Shown one piece after another: positions 29,531 to 39,021 of a DNA stretch of 64,000 nt (position 1 is the first letter of the stretch; every line of letters starts with the position of its first letter). Made by a program: the position numbers and the translations under genes. The notes beneath the pieces were generated by a model, which did no database searches, had not been told where the DNA came from, and worked only from the letters and a program-made list of their open reading frames with translations. Origin of the DNA: a virus; the UHGV virus genome UHGV-1362809; one strand, given 5' to 3'.

Positions 29531-29748
29531 TGAAGGTTTGGGAACAAGGTACAAGGTTAAAACACTTTAAAGGGAATTTGTATACCGTTGTTACTATGGC
29601 TTTAGAAGTTTCTTCTGATAAAGAAATTCCTTATTGTGTTTATACTGACGGAAACAATACTTATTGTAGACCTGTTAGTAATATGCAGGATATAGTAGTA
29701 AATTTTCAAGGTAAAAGCGTTCAACGATTTGTAGAGGCGTCTAAATGA
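29530..29748 (+). CDS. Hypothetical protein
   Basis: 72-aa ORF. Confidence 0.4.
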   Translation: MKVWEQGTRLKHFKGNLYTVVTMALEVSSDKEIPYCVYTDGNNTYCRPVSNMQDIVVNFQGKSVQRFVEASK

Positions 29749-30371
29749 TTGTTATCATGACAGGACACGCAGGAGCAGGTAAGGATACCATAGCTGATTA
29801 TTTAGTGTCTAACTATAATTTTACAAAGTTGAGTCTAGCAACTAAACTTAAAGAAGGAGTTGCACATATATTTGGTTGGGATTATGAAATGTTATTAGGC
29901 AGTACTCCCCAATCACGTTTATGGCGAGAACAACCAGACCAGTACTGGTCATCTGTATGTGGTAGACAAATTACTCCTCGTATTGCCCTACAACAGGTAG
30001 GAACCGAATGTTTTAGAAAAGTGTTTGGTGAGGATTTTTGGGTAGGTTGTTTAGCCAAAGAGATTGTTCAAAATAAGTCTAACAATTATGTTATATCTGA
30101 TGCTAGATTTATGAGTGAAATAACCTATCTTAAAAATTTAGGCGGTCAAGTATGGGAAGTACAACGCTCTTTACCTTGGTATTACACTACTATTTGGGCG
30201 GCTAAAAGAGATGGTACTTATGATACTGATCCTGAGGTGCTAAAAATTAAGGAGCAGGTGCATAGTTCGGAACTCGAATGGATTTATGATAATAAGCCTA
30301 TGCACACTATTAGAAATACAAATGATTTTGATACTTTGTACAAGTCGATAAACGAGTTAATGAAATTTTAA
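29745..30371 (+). CDS. Deoxynucleoside monophosphate kinase (T4 gp1-like)
   Basis: MIVIMTGHAGAGKDTIADYLVSNY matches the T4 gp1 N-terminal P-loop SGVKRSGKDTTADFIMSNY; conserved downstream blocks (QQVGTE, YVISDAR). Confidence 0.8.
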   Translation: MIVIMTGHAGAGKDTIADYLVSNYNFTKLSLATKLKEGVAHIFGWDYEMLLGSTPQSRLWREQPDQYWSSVCGRQITPRIALQQVGTECFRKVFGEDFWVGCLAKEIVQNKSNNYVISDARFMSEITYLKNLGGQVWEVQRSLPWYYTTIWAAKRDGTYDTDPEVLKIKEQVHSSELEWIYDNKPMHTIRNTNDFDTLYKSINELMKF

Positions 30372-30418
30372 CTTTTTTGTTTTAGTATGAAATCATCAAC
30401 AAATGAAAGGGTTGAAAA

Positions 30419-30613
30419 ATGACAACATACGAACAAGAAGTTAAACAAATGCGTAATCGCCAAGTATTGACGAAGGTCTTTTCAGTTTTATCATTTTTAA
30501 TGATAATGGTCTTTGTCATTGTTGTAATGGTGTATTGCTGGGATAGTGGTATGTCGAAGAACGAACACTACAAAAATTCCAATGCGTGCATATTCAAGTC
30601 AAACTGTAAATGA
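30419..30613 (+). CDS. Small membrane protein
   Basis: TM segment VLSFLMIMVFVIVVMVYCW. Confidence 0.4.
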   Translation: MTTYEQEVKQMRNRQVLTKVFSVLSFLMIMVFVIVVMVYCWDSGMSKNEHYKNSNACIFKSNCK

Positions 30614-30623
30614 GAGGTGCGAT

Positions 30624-30887
30624 ATGGATATGCGTATAGTGATAAGATTGTGTGAGTCTGCATACTCCAATCGTTTTGGGGGTTCTTCTATCAGAATAGT
30701 TGAATGTTCTGATTCAAAGATAGGTTACGGTTTGGATTTATCAGACATACCTACCGACCAACATTCCTTAGTATCTACTCGTTTTAATAAAATTTTAGAG
30801 GAAGTATGCACTATAATAGCCTACTCCTCGAAGGACGATCTGCGATACTATATGAGCGGTAAACAAGTATCTCTTAGTATTAATTAA
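30624..30887 (+). CDS. Hypothetical protein
   Basis: RBS gagagg upstream of ATG 30624. Confidence 0.4.
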   Translation: MDMRIVIRLCESAYSNRFGGSSIRIVECSDSKIGYGLDLSDIPTDQHSLVSTRFNKILEEVCTIIAYSSKDDLRYYMSGKQVSLSIN

Positions 30888-30898
30888 AGGAGGCAGCT

Positions 30899-31192
30899 AT
30901 GGAATTTTGGGCTCCAGGAAAACCGTTTAATCTAAACCTTACGATATTGTTTATTGCGTATCTAGGTATTTGGTTTTATGTGCTGAAAGTATGGTGGCAT
31001 GCGCTGAATAATACTGCCTATTTTAAATACAAGATTTTTCATTTTGTAAAAAGATGGGGTAGTATTATTTTGGAACGTAGAATATCAATTAAAATTCAAA
31101 TAGCTCCTAAGGGTACTCCTTTGTTTAACTATACGAATAAGGATGAAAACATCATAGACGCTATTTATGAAGACATTGAAAATTGTAAATAA
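30899..31192 (+). CDS. Small membrane protein
   Basis: RBS aaggagg; TM LTILFIAYLGIWFYVL. Confidence 0.45.
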   Translation: MEFWAPGKPFNLNLTILFIAYLGIWFYVLKVWWHALNNTAYFKYKIFHFVKRWGSIILERRISIKIQIAPKGTPLFNYTNKDENIIDAIYEDIENCK

Positions 31193-31210
31193 CACTATAA
31201 GGAGATTGTT

Positions 31211-31408
31211 ATGAAAATTGAAAATATTTCTTTTAGCGTCGAACGTGTGATAAATACGGGCAACTATGAGTCAGTTCGGATTAGAGCTGAAATGGGTGGA
31301 TCAACAGAGGACGTAAAGTCTGATATGAAATTGCTTAAAAAGGCAGTATATAAATGTATCGACGCTGAGTCTGATGTAGTATTAGAAAAATATGGAAATG
31401 ACAAATGA
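31211..31408 (+). CDS. Hypothetical protein
   Basis: RBS aaggag upstream. Confidence 0.45.
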   Translation: MKIENISFSVERVINTGNYESVRIRAEMGGSTEDVKSDMKLLKKAVYKCIDAESDVVLEKYGNDK

Positions 31409-31866
31409 AACTTATCAAGAAAATCAAACGACTGTTCAATAAGATTATTACCCCTATGATTTTGGGTATTCCTGTGTACTCTACTAAGTTTTTTAGACAT
31501 GTTTGTCATAAGAACTTTTTGCAGGGTATTACATACGCTTTGTCCAAAAAACAAAAGGCTCTCAATAAAATAAAAAATAAAACTATCTGGGATAACGTTG
31601 TTAATTTTTCCATCGTTTATTCTACTTTGTGTAGTACCAAGGTAAAGAATAAATGGGTACAAGAAGCAAAAGACTTTTGTTGTTATTATGCCTTTACTTG
31701 TTGTCACGGGCAGACTAAGGAATTTAAAGCCGCTGTCATTAAACGTATTGTGGAGGCACCGCATTTTAAATCTTTGTCTGAAGACCAAGTGAAAACTTTT
31801 ATTTCCTCAGTGACTTGCAATCATAAAGACTTGATGGAACTTTTGTTTTTGAAATGTAGGATATAA
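31405..31866 (+). CDS. Hypothetical protein
   Basis: 153-aa ORF. Confidence 0.45.
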   Translation: MKLIKKIKRLFNKIITPMILGIPVYSTKFFRHVCHKNFLQGITYALSKKQKALNKIKNKTIWDNVVNFSIVYSTLCSTKVKNKWVQEAKDFCCYYAFTCCHGQTKEFKAAVIKRIVEAPHFKSLSEDQVKTFISSVTCNHKDLMELLFLKCRI

Positions 31867-32085
31867 ATGAAGGAAGAACTTATAAAATTAAAGGGCGAAG
31901 TTGTAGAAAAATGTCCTAATGCTTTGTTTCGTGTAAAGCTAGAAAATGAAATGAATGTACTGTGTACTCTTAATGGTAAGATGCGCAAGAATAGTATTTA
32001 TGTGTTGGTTGGGGACGCTGTGGACGTGGAGTTAAGTACTTATGACTTTACCAAAGGGCGTATTTGCTTTAGGTATAAAAAATGA
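31867..32085 (+). CDS. infA: Translation initiation factor IF-1 homologue
   Basis: 72 aa, collinear with bacterial IF-1: ...MFRVELENG...GKMRKNYI...GD.V.VEL.PYD..KGRI.FR... conserved throughout (about half identical to E. coli IF-1 by eye). Confidence 0.85.
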   Translation: MKEELIKLKGEVVEKCPNALFRVKLENEMNVLCTLNGKMRKNSIYVLVGDAVDVELSTYDFTKGRICFRYKK

Positions 32086-32243
32086 TTATACTTGTATTTT
32101 TCCTTGGAGTTTTTGTAGGGCTGATAGTGGATGAGTTTATTACAAGATATTTATTTGCAAAGTATGACTTGTATTCCGAATACACTACACTAATGGATGA
32201 AATGCACGAAAGGTCTGAAGATGAAAATCGTTCCTCAAAAAGC
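32082..32243 (+). CDS. Possible small membrane protein, translationally coupled to infA via ATGA overlap
   Basis: 54-aa [22 protein letters not shown]...; below ORF-track cutoff. Confidence 0.3.
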
Positions 32244-33162
32244 TGAACTAATTGCAGTACAACATCCCCTTCGGGACGTAAATCCTTTAAAAATTGTGGA
32301 GTCTTGCGGTAGGGTGTGTTATCGGTCTGAAGATAAAATAACCGATGATTCTTATAAGGATTTTTGTGCTAAGTTGTACAAAATGGGACATTGGGCAGTT
32401 TTTGAACATGGAGTTTATACATTTAGTATTAATAAACATAGTTTCTTAAATCTGTGTGAATGTAAAGGTTTTGCAGATTTATACGGCGTGCAATATACTC
32501 CTGTCAATGACGGCCACTATTGTGAAGTAAGCTTGAATTTAAGCCACTTATACCAACTTGTTAAATGGTGCAAATCCTTAGATAAAGATTCTTATGAATA
32601 CCATTGTTTGCACGTTTTGGTTGGTTCATTTCCTAAAGAAGTGCTAGATTTAGCTGGTGAAAAACCTTCGTCCTATGTGTATCCACTTACAAGTAATATT
32701 GACGTAAATTCTGTATTCTATACGTTTAAACTAACTACATTTAGAAGTGTAGCTGATGAATTGTTTAGACATAGACGTAACGCCTTAAATATGGAAAGCT
32801 CCCGTTATTGTTCCTATAATAAGGATAAATTCGATAGCTCCATCAAAACGTGTGAGCAACATTGGGTATTAAATAAGGAAGTATATAAGGACAAAACAGA
32901 ATCCTTAAATATGAAACTGGTGAAGTATCTAAGAGAAGCTGAAAAGAATTATCTCGATTTGGTAAATAGTGGTATGCGACCCCAAGACGCCAGAGCTGTA
33001 TTGCCCTTGGACTACTGTGTGGACTGTTGTATTACAATGTCTATGAAACAGTTTGAGTATATATACAAAATTAGAACTAGCGACGCCGCTCACCCAAATA
33101 TCCGTCATTTATTAAAACTAATGAAGGAGAAATTAGATGAAAGCTGTACAACGTGCCTTTAG
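32221..33162 (+). CDS. thyX: Flavin-dependent thymidylate synthase ThyX
   Basis: ThyX signature RHRxxxxxxxS present as RHRRNALNMES; N-terminal ...ELIAVQ...RVCYRS typical of ThyX; start placed at [10 protein letters not shown]. Confidence 0.75.
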   Translation: MKIVPQKAELIAVQHPLRDVNPLKIVESCGRVCYRSEDKITDDSYKDFCAKLYKMGHWAVFEHGVYTFSINKHSFLNLCECKGFADLYGVQYTPVNDGHYCEVSLNLSHLYQLVKWCKSLDKDSYEYHCLHVLVGSFPKEVLDLAGEKPSSYVYPLTSNIDVNSVFYTFKLTTFRSVADELFRHRRNALNMESSRYCSYNKDKFDSSIKTCEQHWVLNKEVYKDKTESLNMKLVKYLREAEKNYLDLVNSGMRPQDARAVLPLDYCVDCCITMSMKQFEYIYKIRTSDAAHPNIRHLLKLMKEKLDESCTTCL

Positions 33163-33334
33163 TATTGGCTGTTTGGTTATGATTGCAGCCTTTGTTGTTG
33201 TATTTTTAGCGTATGTTTTAGCCACTTCCTTAGCTGATGACTCCTATGAAGAGGGAAGACATTCGGTCATACAGGAGTTGTGTGAACAGAAACAGTACGA
33301 TTTTTGTCAGACTAAACTTAATCCTGTAGAGTAG
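33137..33334 (+). CDS. Small membrane protein
   Basis: TM LVMIAAFVVVFLAYVLA. Confidence 0.4.
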   Translation: MKAVQRAFSIGCLVMIAAFVVVFLAYVLATSLADDSYEEGRHSVIQELCEQKQYDFCQTKLNPVE

Positions 33335-33361
33335 ACTATTAAAGAGTTGTAAATAACTGTA

Positions 33362-33736
33362 ATGAAATTTATACCTTTTACATTAAAAATTGGAAAATTT
33401 GATTGGGCAATAACTTGTACTCCAAGAAATAATAAGGACTTAGATGGAGACGACGGTTGTTGCGACTTTTCATCCAAAGTAATTTATATAGCAAATGACC
33501 TTTCCCAGCAAAGATGTTTTTACACTTTGTTGCATGAAATTACTCACGCATTACTGGATGAAAGCTCCTTTGAAAGTGATATATGTAAACTTCTTGGTAG
33601 CAACTATGAAAGATTCGTAGACTTGTTTAGTAGCAACCTAGATTGTTTTGTAGATAATGATTTGAAAAAGCTTTTAAGGTTTGAAAATTCGTTTGGTTAT
33701 ATTCAAAACAAAGCAAAGGAGACCAAAAATGCTTAA
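33362..33736 (+). CDS. Small putative HExxH metallopeptidase (ImmA/IrrE-like pattern)
   Basis: LLHEITHALLDE followed about 25 aa later by an acidic/aromatic NYERFVDLF block. Confidence 0.45.
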   Translation: MKFIPFTLKIGKFDWAITCTPRNNKDLDGDDGCCDFSSKVIYIANDLSQQRCFYTLLHEITHALLDESSFESDICKLLGSNYERFVDLFSSNLDCFVDNDLKKLLRFENSFGYIQNKAKETKNA

Positions 33737-34544
33737 TACTACTTATTCTAAATGGTTTAAACCTTGTTCCTGTGGGGCTACACAAGAAGACTTGACAGTT
33801 TCAAATAGTTGGAACTCTGCAACCCATACTTCTACCTCTAAAATTGTGTGTAGTAAATGTGGCAAGATTCTTGCAACTTCGTCATCTGCAAAAAATACTG
33901 TATACAGTCTTAGTAAATTGTGGAACGCTCAAAATGTAAAAGATGTTCCTGCTGGGGAAGTTTGTGAAGTAAAAGAACCTGCTGAAACTAAAAAGCCTGC
34001 ACAGACACAAGTTGAACCGAATAAAATTCCTGGACATATTTCCCTAAGTAAGTGCGGTGCAGGGTTGTTTAAAGCTACATTAGAGCTACAGGGTGGAAGC
34101 TTCTTCTTTGCAACTGGTAATACAAAAAATGAAGCCCAAATGGCAGTTATTAAAAAGTATGAGGATTCTAAAAAAGATATTGCTACTTTTGTAAACGGCG
34201 TAAAGGATGAAGTTGAACAGGCTTTTCAAAAACCCCTATCCGAAAATTATAATAGTGGTAGCAATGTTGACAGACAGGTTGCGAGCGCAAAAATTGAGTA
34301 CATTAAACATTCTGCTTCCAATGTTAATAATGATATAAAAACAGAAACTTTGTTGTCCGACTTGCAAAAACAGTTTAAGGAAATGGCGGCTATTCAAACT
34401 AAAATGGTAGACGCTGTTGTAAAGGCAAACGAACTTCAAACCGAAATTCTTAAGGTTGTGACTCAGATGCAAAAGGATAATCACCACGCCATATACGGTG
34501 TTGAAATGGATCCTTGTAAGGTGTCTTTTCCTCAACCATACTAA
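33729..34544 (+). CDS. Hypothetical protein
   Basis: RBS aaggag upstream of ATG 33729. Confidence 0.45.
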   Translation: MLNTTYSKWFKPCSCGATQEDLTVSNSWNSATHTSTSKIVCSKCGKILATSSSAKNTVYSLSKLWNAQNVKDVPAGEVCEVKEPAETKKPAQTQVEPNKIPGHISLSKCGAGLFKATLELQGGSFFFATGNTKNEAQMAVIKKYEDSKKDIATFVNGVKDEVEQAFQKPLSENYNSGSNVDRQVASAKIEYIKHSASNVNNDIKTETLLSDLQKQFKEMAAIQTKMVDAVVKANELQTEILKVVTQMQKDNHHAIYGVEMDPCKVSFPQPY

Positions 34545-34558
34545 TTGTAAATAAAATT

Positions 34559-34594
34559 GCGGGGCGTGTTATTATGCACACCCCGCTTAATTTG
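34559..34594 (+). terminator. Rho-independent terminator (gcggggcgtg/cacaccccgc)
   Basis: 10-bp stem with one mismatch followed by ttaatttg. Confidence 0.45.
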
Positions 34595-34608
34595 TATTAG
34601 AGGTACTT

Positions 34609-35547
34609 ATGGACGGTAATTGGGTATTACAGCAGCTTCGCACTCTAGATTATAAATGGGGTTTCAAAGTTGTAAACGATAAAGCTTGGATTCGATGTCC
34701 TTTTCATAAAAATAGAGGGGGTTTGGAAAAAACTCCGTCCTTGACGATAAATCTTGATTCAAGTATGCGTTATAAGGTGGGTGAGTTCCATTGTTTTGGT
34801 TGTGGTAAATCAGGATTATGGAATGACTTAGCCAAGGAATTAAATTTACAGTTAGTTGACGAGGAAGAAGAGCAGTTAGCTGTTGGTAGTTTGAGTCAAA
34901 AAGACCGTGACGAATTGTTTAATCCTGTGTCAAAAAAAGAAGACGTTGTTTCAGTTGAATGGGACTCAAAGGACGATTGGAGAGGTATTAAAGGTTCGTT
35001 GGTTACAAAAGTAGGCGGTCAGTTGACAAGTGATAAATGGATGACCGATACGATGCTGTATCTTCCTGTAAATGTCAACAAAAAAGAAGTTGGCGGTATT
35101 TATTGTAAAATCGTCCGAAAGTCAAAAAAGGAACGTGGCTATATAAATACCGAAGGTACTTGGATTAGGTCGAAAGGTTTGTTTCCATTTGACTACACAA
35201 AAAAGTTGTTATCCAAGTTGAAAAGTGAAGGTAAGCCCAAAGTATTATGTTTAACGGAGGGTCCTCGTGATACTCTTAACTTGTTGCAAAATGGTATCCC
35301 AAGTTTGGCAATACTTGGTTCAAATAACTGGTCACAGGCAAAGTGCAACATCATATCATTTTTGAATGTTGACAGAATTGTACTGGCGTTTGACCCTGAT
35401 ACAGCAGGACAACACGCATTTAATCGAGTTAAACAAAGTGTAAAGGATTTAGCCAAAGTATCGAAACTTGAATTTAATGAAGGTACGGATCCTGCTGATT
35501 TGACAAAAAAGCAATGTAACAACATAAAGAAAAAGTTGGGTATTTGA
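34609..35547 (+). CDS. DNA primase (DnaG/T4 gp61-like: CHC2 zinc finger + TOPRIM)
   Basis: CPFHKNRG...FHCFGCGKSG zinc finger; TOPRIM VLCLTEGPRDTLNL and LAFDPDTAGQ. Confidence 0.75.
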   Translation: MDGNWVLQQLRTLDYKWGFKVVNDKAWIRCPFHKNRGGLEKTPSLTINLDSSMRYKVGEFHCFGCGKSGLWNDLAKELNLQLVDEEEEQLAVGSLSQKDRDELFNPVSKKEDVVSVEWDSKDDWRGIKGSLVTKVGGQLTSDKWMTDTMLYLPVNVNKKEVGGIYCKIVRKSKKERGYINTEGTWIRSKGLFPFDYTKKLLSKLKSEGKPKVLCLTEGPRDTLNLLQNGIPSLAILGSNNWSQAKCNIISFLNVDRIVLAFDPDTAGQHAFNRVKQSVKDLAKVSKLEFNEGTDPADLTKKQCNNIKKKLGI

Positions 35548-35551
35548 TTTT

Positions 35552-35585
35552 AGGGTGCGCAAAAAAATGCGCACCCTTTTATTTT
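35552..35585 (+). terminator. Rho-independent terminator (agggtgcgc/gcgcaccct)
   Basis: 9-bp perfect stem then ttttatttt. Confidence 0.55.
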
Positions 35586-35610
35586 GTCAAAAATCAGTTT
35601 TTGGTATTCA

Positions 35611-35630
35611 AATAATTTTTATTATATAAT
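35611..35630 (+). promoter_or_regulatory. Late-promoter-like motif aataatttttattatataat
   Basis: Copy of AATAATTTTTA(T)ATATA about 49 nt upstream of the first head-module gene. Confidence 0.4.
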
Positions 35631-35678
35631 GAAAACAACGTCATTATATTTTGGTAGACCCGTAAAGGAGAATATTAA

Positions 35679-37211
35679 ATGCAACATACATACGAAGTAT
35701 TTGCTTCCGCGGAAACACCAATACTGGTTGCCAAGGGTAAAAAAGACACCGTAGTTGTTGCGTCATACAAAGACCCTGAAAATGGTTCTGTTGTTTTGAC
35801 AAATGCGATGAAAAATGTTTTTAGTCCTATCACTGGTGGCGAATTAGAACGTGCTAGCAATGCGAGTGAAGTTTTGAGCTCCACTGACTTAGACGAACTA
35901 ACTGAAGTTGCAACCTGCTCCTGTGGAGCTAAGTTGTTGACAACTGCGTCACTGGCTGATAAGCTCTTTGGCGACGACCTATATTGTGTTGTTTGCGGTG
36001 AAAAAATTAAACTCGACGAAGATGAAGAAGTCGATGATACAGACGACGACGAAGAATTAGAAGTCGAGGAAGATGACGAAGAAGAAACTGCTTCCGAAAA
36101 ATGCAAGTGCGAAAAGGAAGAAACTGAAGAAGACGAATCCGATAAGGACGAAGATTCCGAAGAAGACCCTGAAGTCGAAGAATCTTGCGACGACGAAGAA
36201 GAAATTGAAATTGACGACGACGAAAACGAACAGCCGAAATCTGAAAAGGAAGAAGCTTGCGATGAAGTTGACGACAAGGACGATGCTAATTCTGAAGAAG
36301 TAGTTAAAGAAACAAAGGTTGAAGAAGAAACTTCTGAACCCGATGTCGAAGAATCTTGCGACGAACCAAAGGACGAATCAAAAGAAGAAGATTCCGAAGA
36401 GGAAGAAACTGAAGTTGAAGAATCCTGCGGCGAACCAAAAGAAGCTGAAGAAGTCGATTTGGAAGTTGAAGAAGAGCCTGAAGACCTAAAAGAAGAAGGT
36501 TGTTTGCATTATAACTGTCTGAGTTCAGTTAAAAACGTTGAAAGTGTTGAACTTGTAAAATGTGAAGCTGGATACAGAGTGTTAGTGAATAACGACCCCG
36601 TTGCTACTTTGGTTAAAGACTCTATCAAACCTGAATTGGCAAGTTTGAAAGACGACGTTAAATCATTAACGAAGGCTTTAAGTGCCTCTGTTTCAGAAGA
36701 AGGTTTTAGCAAACAGGTTATTGCCTCTTTTGGTATTAAACCCTTGTTTGTCAAAATAAATGTTGACGAAGCAGCTAACCAACGTTTAAATGCCGTTGAA
36801 GCTTCTTTGAAGACGAAATACGACGAAGAACAAAAGGCTTTTGTTGAAAGATTCAAACAGTCCATGACGATTGCGTCCGCAGGGGTCAACAAAGGACTGT
36901 ATGGTGCTAACCTAATGTCACAAGCTATTATTAAATGTTTGTCAGCTTCTGGTGCTGTTGACGCTGAAGAAGTTGTCAATGAAATTATGGCTAAGTACGG
37001 TGAAGGTTATTTAAAACAAATCATTGATAAAGCGTCTGAACTTGTTGGTAAGTCCGACGAAGTTAGAAATGAAACAGCCAGTTTGGTTTTAGCGGCTGAC
37101 TTCTCTAAAACTCGTTCAACCTATACTCATAAAGCGGTTGAACCTGTTGCAGAAACAGCATCAGTTGTTGAAGAACAACCCAAACAAAATCGTTATGCAA
37201 ATTTATTTTAG
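35679..37211 (+). CDS. Highly acidic Cys-containing protein, probable scaffold/internal head protein
   Basis: Central ~170-aa D/E-rich region with repeated EESC[DG][DE] motif; first gene of the GC-enriched, codon-optimised head block; strong RBS aaaggag. Confidence 0.45.
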   Translation: MQHTYEVFASAETPILVAKGKKDTVVVASYKDPENGSVVLTNAMKNVFSPITGGELERASNASEVLSSTDLDELTEVATCSCGAKLLTTASLADKLFGDDLYCVVCGEKIKLDEDEEVDDTDDDEELEVEEDDEEETASEKCKCEKEETEEDESDKDEDSEEDPEVEESCDDEEEIEIDDDENEQPKSEKEEACDEVDDKDDANSEEVVKETKVEEETSEPDVEESCDEPKDESKEEDSEEEETEVEESCGEPKEAEEVDLEVEEEPEDLKEEGCLHYNCLSSVKNVESVELVKCEAGYRVLVNNDPVATLVKDSIKPELASLKDDVKSLTKALSASVSEEGFSKQVIASFGIKPLFVKINVDEAANQRLNAVEASLKTKYDEEQKAFVERFKQSMTIASAGVNKGLYGANLMSQAIIKCLSASGAVDAEEVVNEIMAKYGEGYLKQIIDKASELVGKSDEVRNETASLVLAADFSKTRSTYTHKAVEPVAETASVVEEQPKQNRYANLF

Positions 37212-37222
37212 GAGATGTATAG

Positions 37223-37927
37223 ATGCTAAATATAGCTTATACTCGTTACCAGTTGACGACTAATAAACTGGTTTCAGAAGCGATTGCCTCTGAAGGTATT
37301 TTGGAAGGTGCTGGTGTTTTCAGTACTTTAGAAAACGGTATTCAGGTCGTCAGCAACGGCGCTCCTGAAGAAACCAATGTGTTTAGTGGTATTGCCTTCA
37401 GTCAGTATCGCGCTCAGACTGCTTCCATCAAAGTTGAAGAATTTGTTGCTCCTGCCAATGGTGGCTCGGTCGTTTTAGCCCGTACACCTGTTGATGGTAT
37501 TGCTAAAGTGTTGGTCAAAATTGACGGCACGAAAGCTACGGTTCAGGCTGGTGCAGCTGCGGCGGCTGGTCAGGTTCAGTTGGTTGGTAACGTTTTGACG
37601 TTCAACGCTGAAGACGCTGGCAAAAAGGTTTATGTTTGCTACAAATATAACCTAACTGTTGCTGAAATCGAATCCATTCCCTTTATGGGCGATGGTGTTC
37701 CAGGAGCTCCTGTTTCCGCTCAGACGAATACTGTTTCAGTTGCTCAGAAGGGTGAGTTCTACACCGACCAGTTCGATGCTTCTTGCGATTGGGCTCAGGA
37801 CGGTTTAGTCATTCACTTGGTCGAAGGCGGTATCTTCACAACTGCTGAAGAAGGTTGTGCGGTTAATGGTGTTGTTTGTCACGTTCCTACGGCAGACGTA
37901 CCATTCTTAGGTATTGAATTGTTGTAA
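37223..37927 (+). CDS. Abundant virion structural protein (head decoration/minor head?)
   Basis: Strongly biased codon usage (ggt/gct/gtt/cgt) and raised GC, shared only with neighbouring head genes. Confidence 0.35.
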   Translation: MLNIAYTRYQLTTNKLVSEAIASEGILEGAGVFSTLENGIQVVSNGAPEETNVFSGIAFSQYRAQTASIKVEEFVAPANGGSVVLARTPVDGIAKVLVKIDGTKATVQAGAAAAAGQVQLVGNVLTFNAEDAGKKVYVCYKYNLTVAEIESIPFMGDGVPGAPVSAQTNTVSVAQKGEFYTDQFDASCDWAQDGLVIHLVEGGIFTTAEEGCAVNGVVCHVPTADVPFLGIELL

Positions 37928-39021
37928 TGGAGATTGGACACATGACAATGGAAACTTTATTTCGCTCCTCAACGGCTATGCACCCAACCGAAGCTAACCT
38001 GCGTGGTTCTGCTTCAAAATTAGTTGGTGCTAATGGAGAACTAAATGCCGTCAATAAGGAAGACGCTGTTCGTATTTTCAAACAGTTGGCTTCTGCTTTG
38101 GAAAATAAAGAAATTACTCGCCCCGAACAGGCTTCTGCTGAAAAGAAATCTGAACGTCGTAAGGCTCTAATCGAAGCTATGGCTTCTGACCAGAAATGGG
38201 CTGAAATGGGTGCTGCTTTGTCAGCGGCTTTGTACACGACTGCGAATCGTGACGGCTTTATGCGTCGTTTGTTCGCTCGCCAGGACTTAGCTCAGGGTAA
38301 CATTCCTCGTTTTCCTGTCAAGTTCAAAAACACCGTTGCGATGGTTGCGGCTGGTGCTGGTCAGGTCATTCCTACGAATGTTCGTGACAAATACGTTATG
38401 CCCCCTGAATTTTACATCGAAGTCAATCTTTGGATTGAAGAACGTGAATTAGCTCAGGGTACAGGCGACCAGTTGGAAGACAAATTCTACGAAGGTCAGG
38501 AAGCCATTCAGGTTCAGGAAGACCGTTACTGGAAGAAATTGTGCGACCAGACAATCGGTGTTTCCAACGACCTGCAGATCTTGGGTGGTGGTTTAGACCC
38601 CGACTCATTGGCTCTAATGAAAGAACAGGTCATTCGTTATGCTCTACCCGCTGCTAACCTACTGTTCGCAGTTGACGGACTAAACGATTTGAACGGAACG
38701 GTCTTCGGCGGTTGGTTTGACCCCGTTACCCAGTACGAAATCGTTATGTCTGGTACACTTGGTCAGCTGAGCGGTATGACGGTTACGACCGATGCTTATC
38801 GTGAACCAATGCTTAAAGTGTTCAACCGTGGTGAATTCTACATAACGTCAACGCCTGAATATCATGGTGGTTATACCGACCGTGGTCCTATTCAGTCGAA
38901 GACGAAAGAATCGAACGGCGAAGGCATGGGACCAAGTCGCGGCTGGTATATGTTCGAGCTAATGAGCATGGTCATGCACAACGCTCGTTCGTTTGTTAAA
39001 GGTACAAAAACCTTCAACTAA
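37927..39021 (+). CDS. Putative major capsid protein
   Basis: 364 aa, the same strong codon bias, position after a scaffold-like gene; no motif-level confirmation possible. Confidence 0.4.
   Translation: MEIGHMTMETLFRSSTAMHPTEANLRGSASKLVGANGELNAVNKEDAVRIFKQLASALENKEITRPEQASAEKKSERRKALIEAMASDQKWAEMGAALSAALYTTANRDGFMRRLFARQDLAQGNIPRFPVKFKNTVAMVAAGAGQVIPTNVRDKYVMPPEFYIEVNLWIEERELAQGTGDQLEDKFYEGQEAIQVQEDRYWKKLCDQTIGVSNDLQILGGGLDPDSLALMKEQVIRYALPAANLLFAVDGLNDLNGTVFGGWFDPVTQYEIVMSGTLGQLSGMTVTTDAYREPMLKVFNRGEFYITSTPEYHGGYTDRGPIQSKTKESNGEGMGPSRGWYMFELMSMVMHNARSFVKGTKTFN

Noticed and set aside
35675-36277. Minus-strand ORFs in the track (e.g. 35675-36277, 39565-40008, 2079-2363, 668-856, 1060-1323)
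   Set aside because: They lie antisense to well-supported + strand genes. The Ser-rich ones are just the reverse complement of GAA/GAC-rich acidic regions. They have no RBS, and uniform + strand gene packing makes them shadow ORFs.
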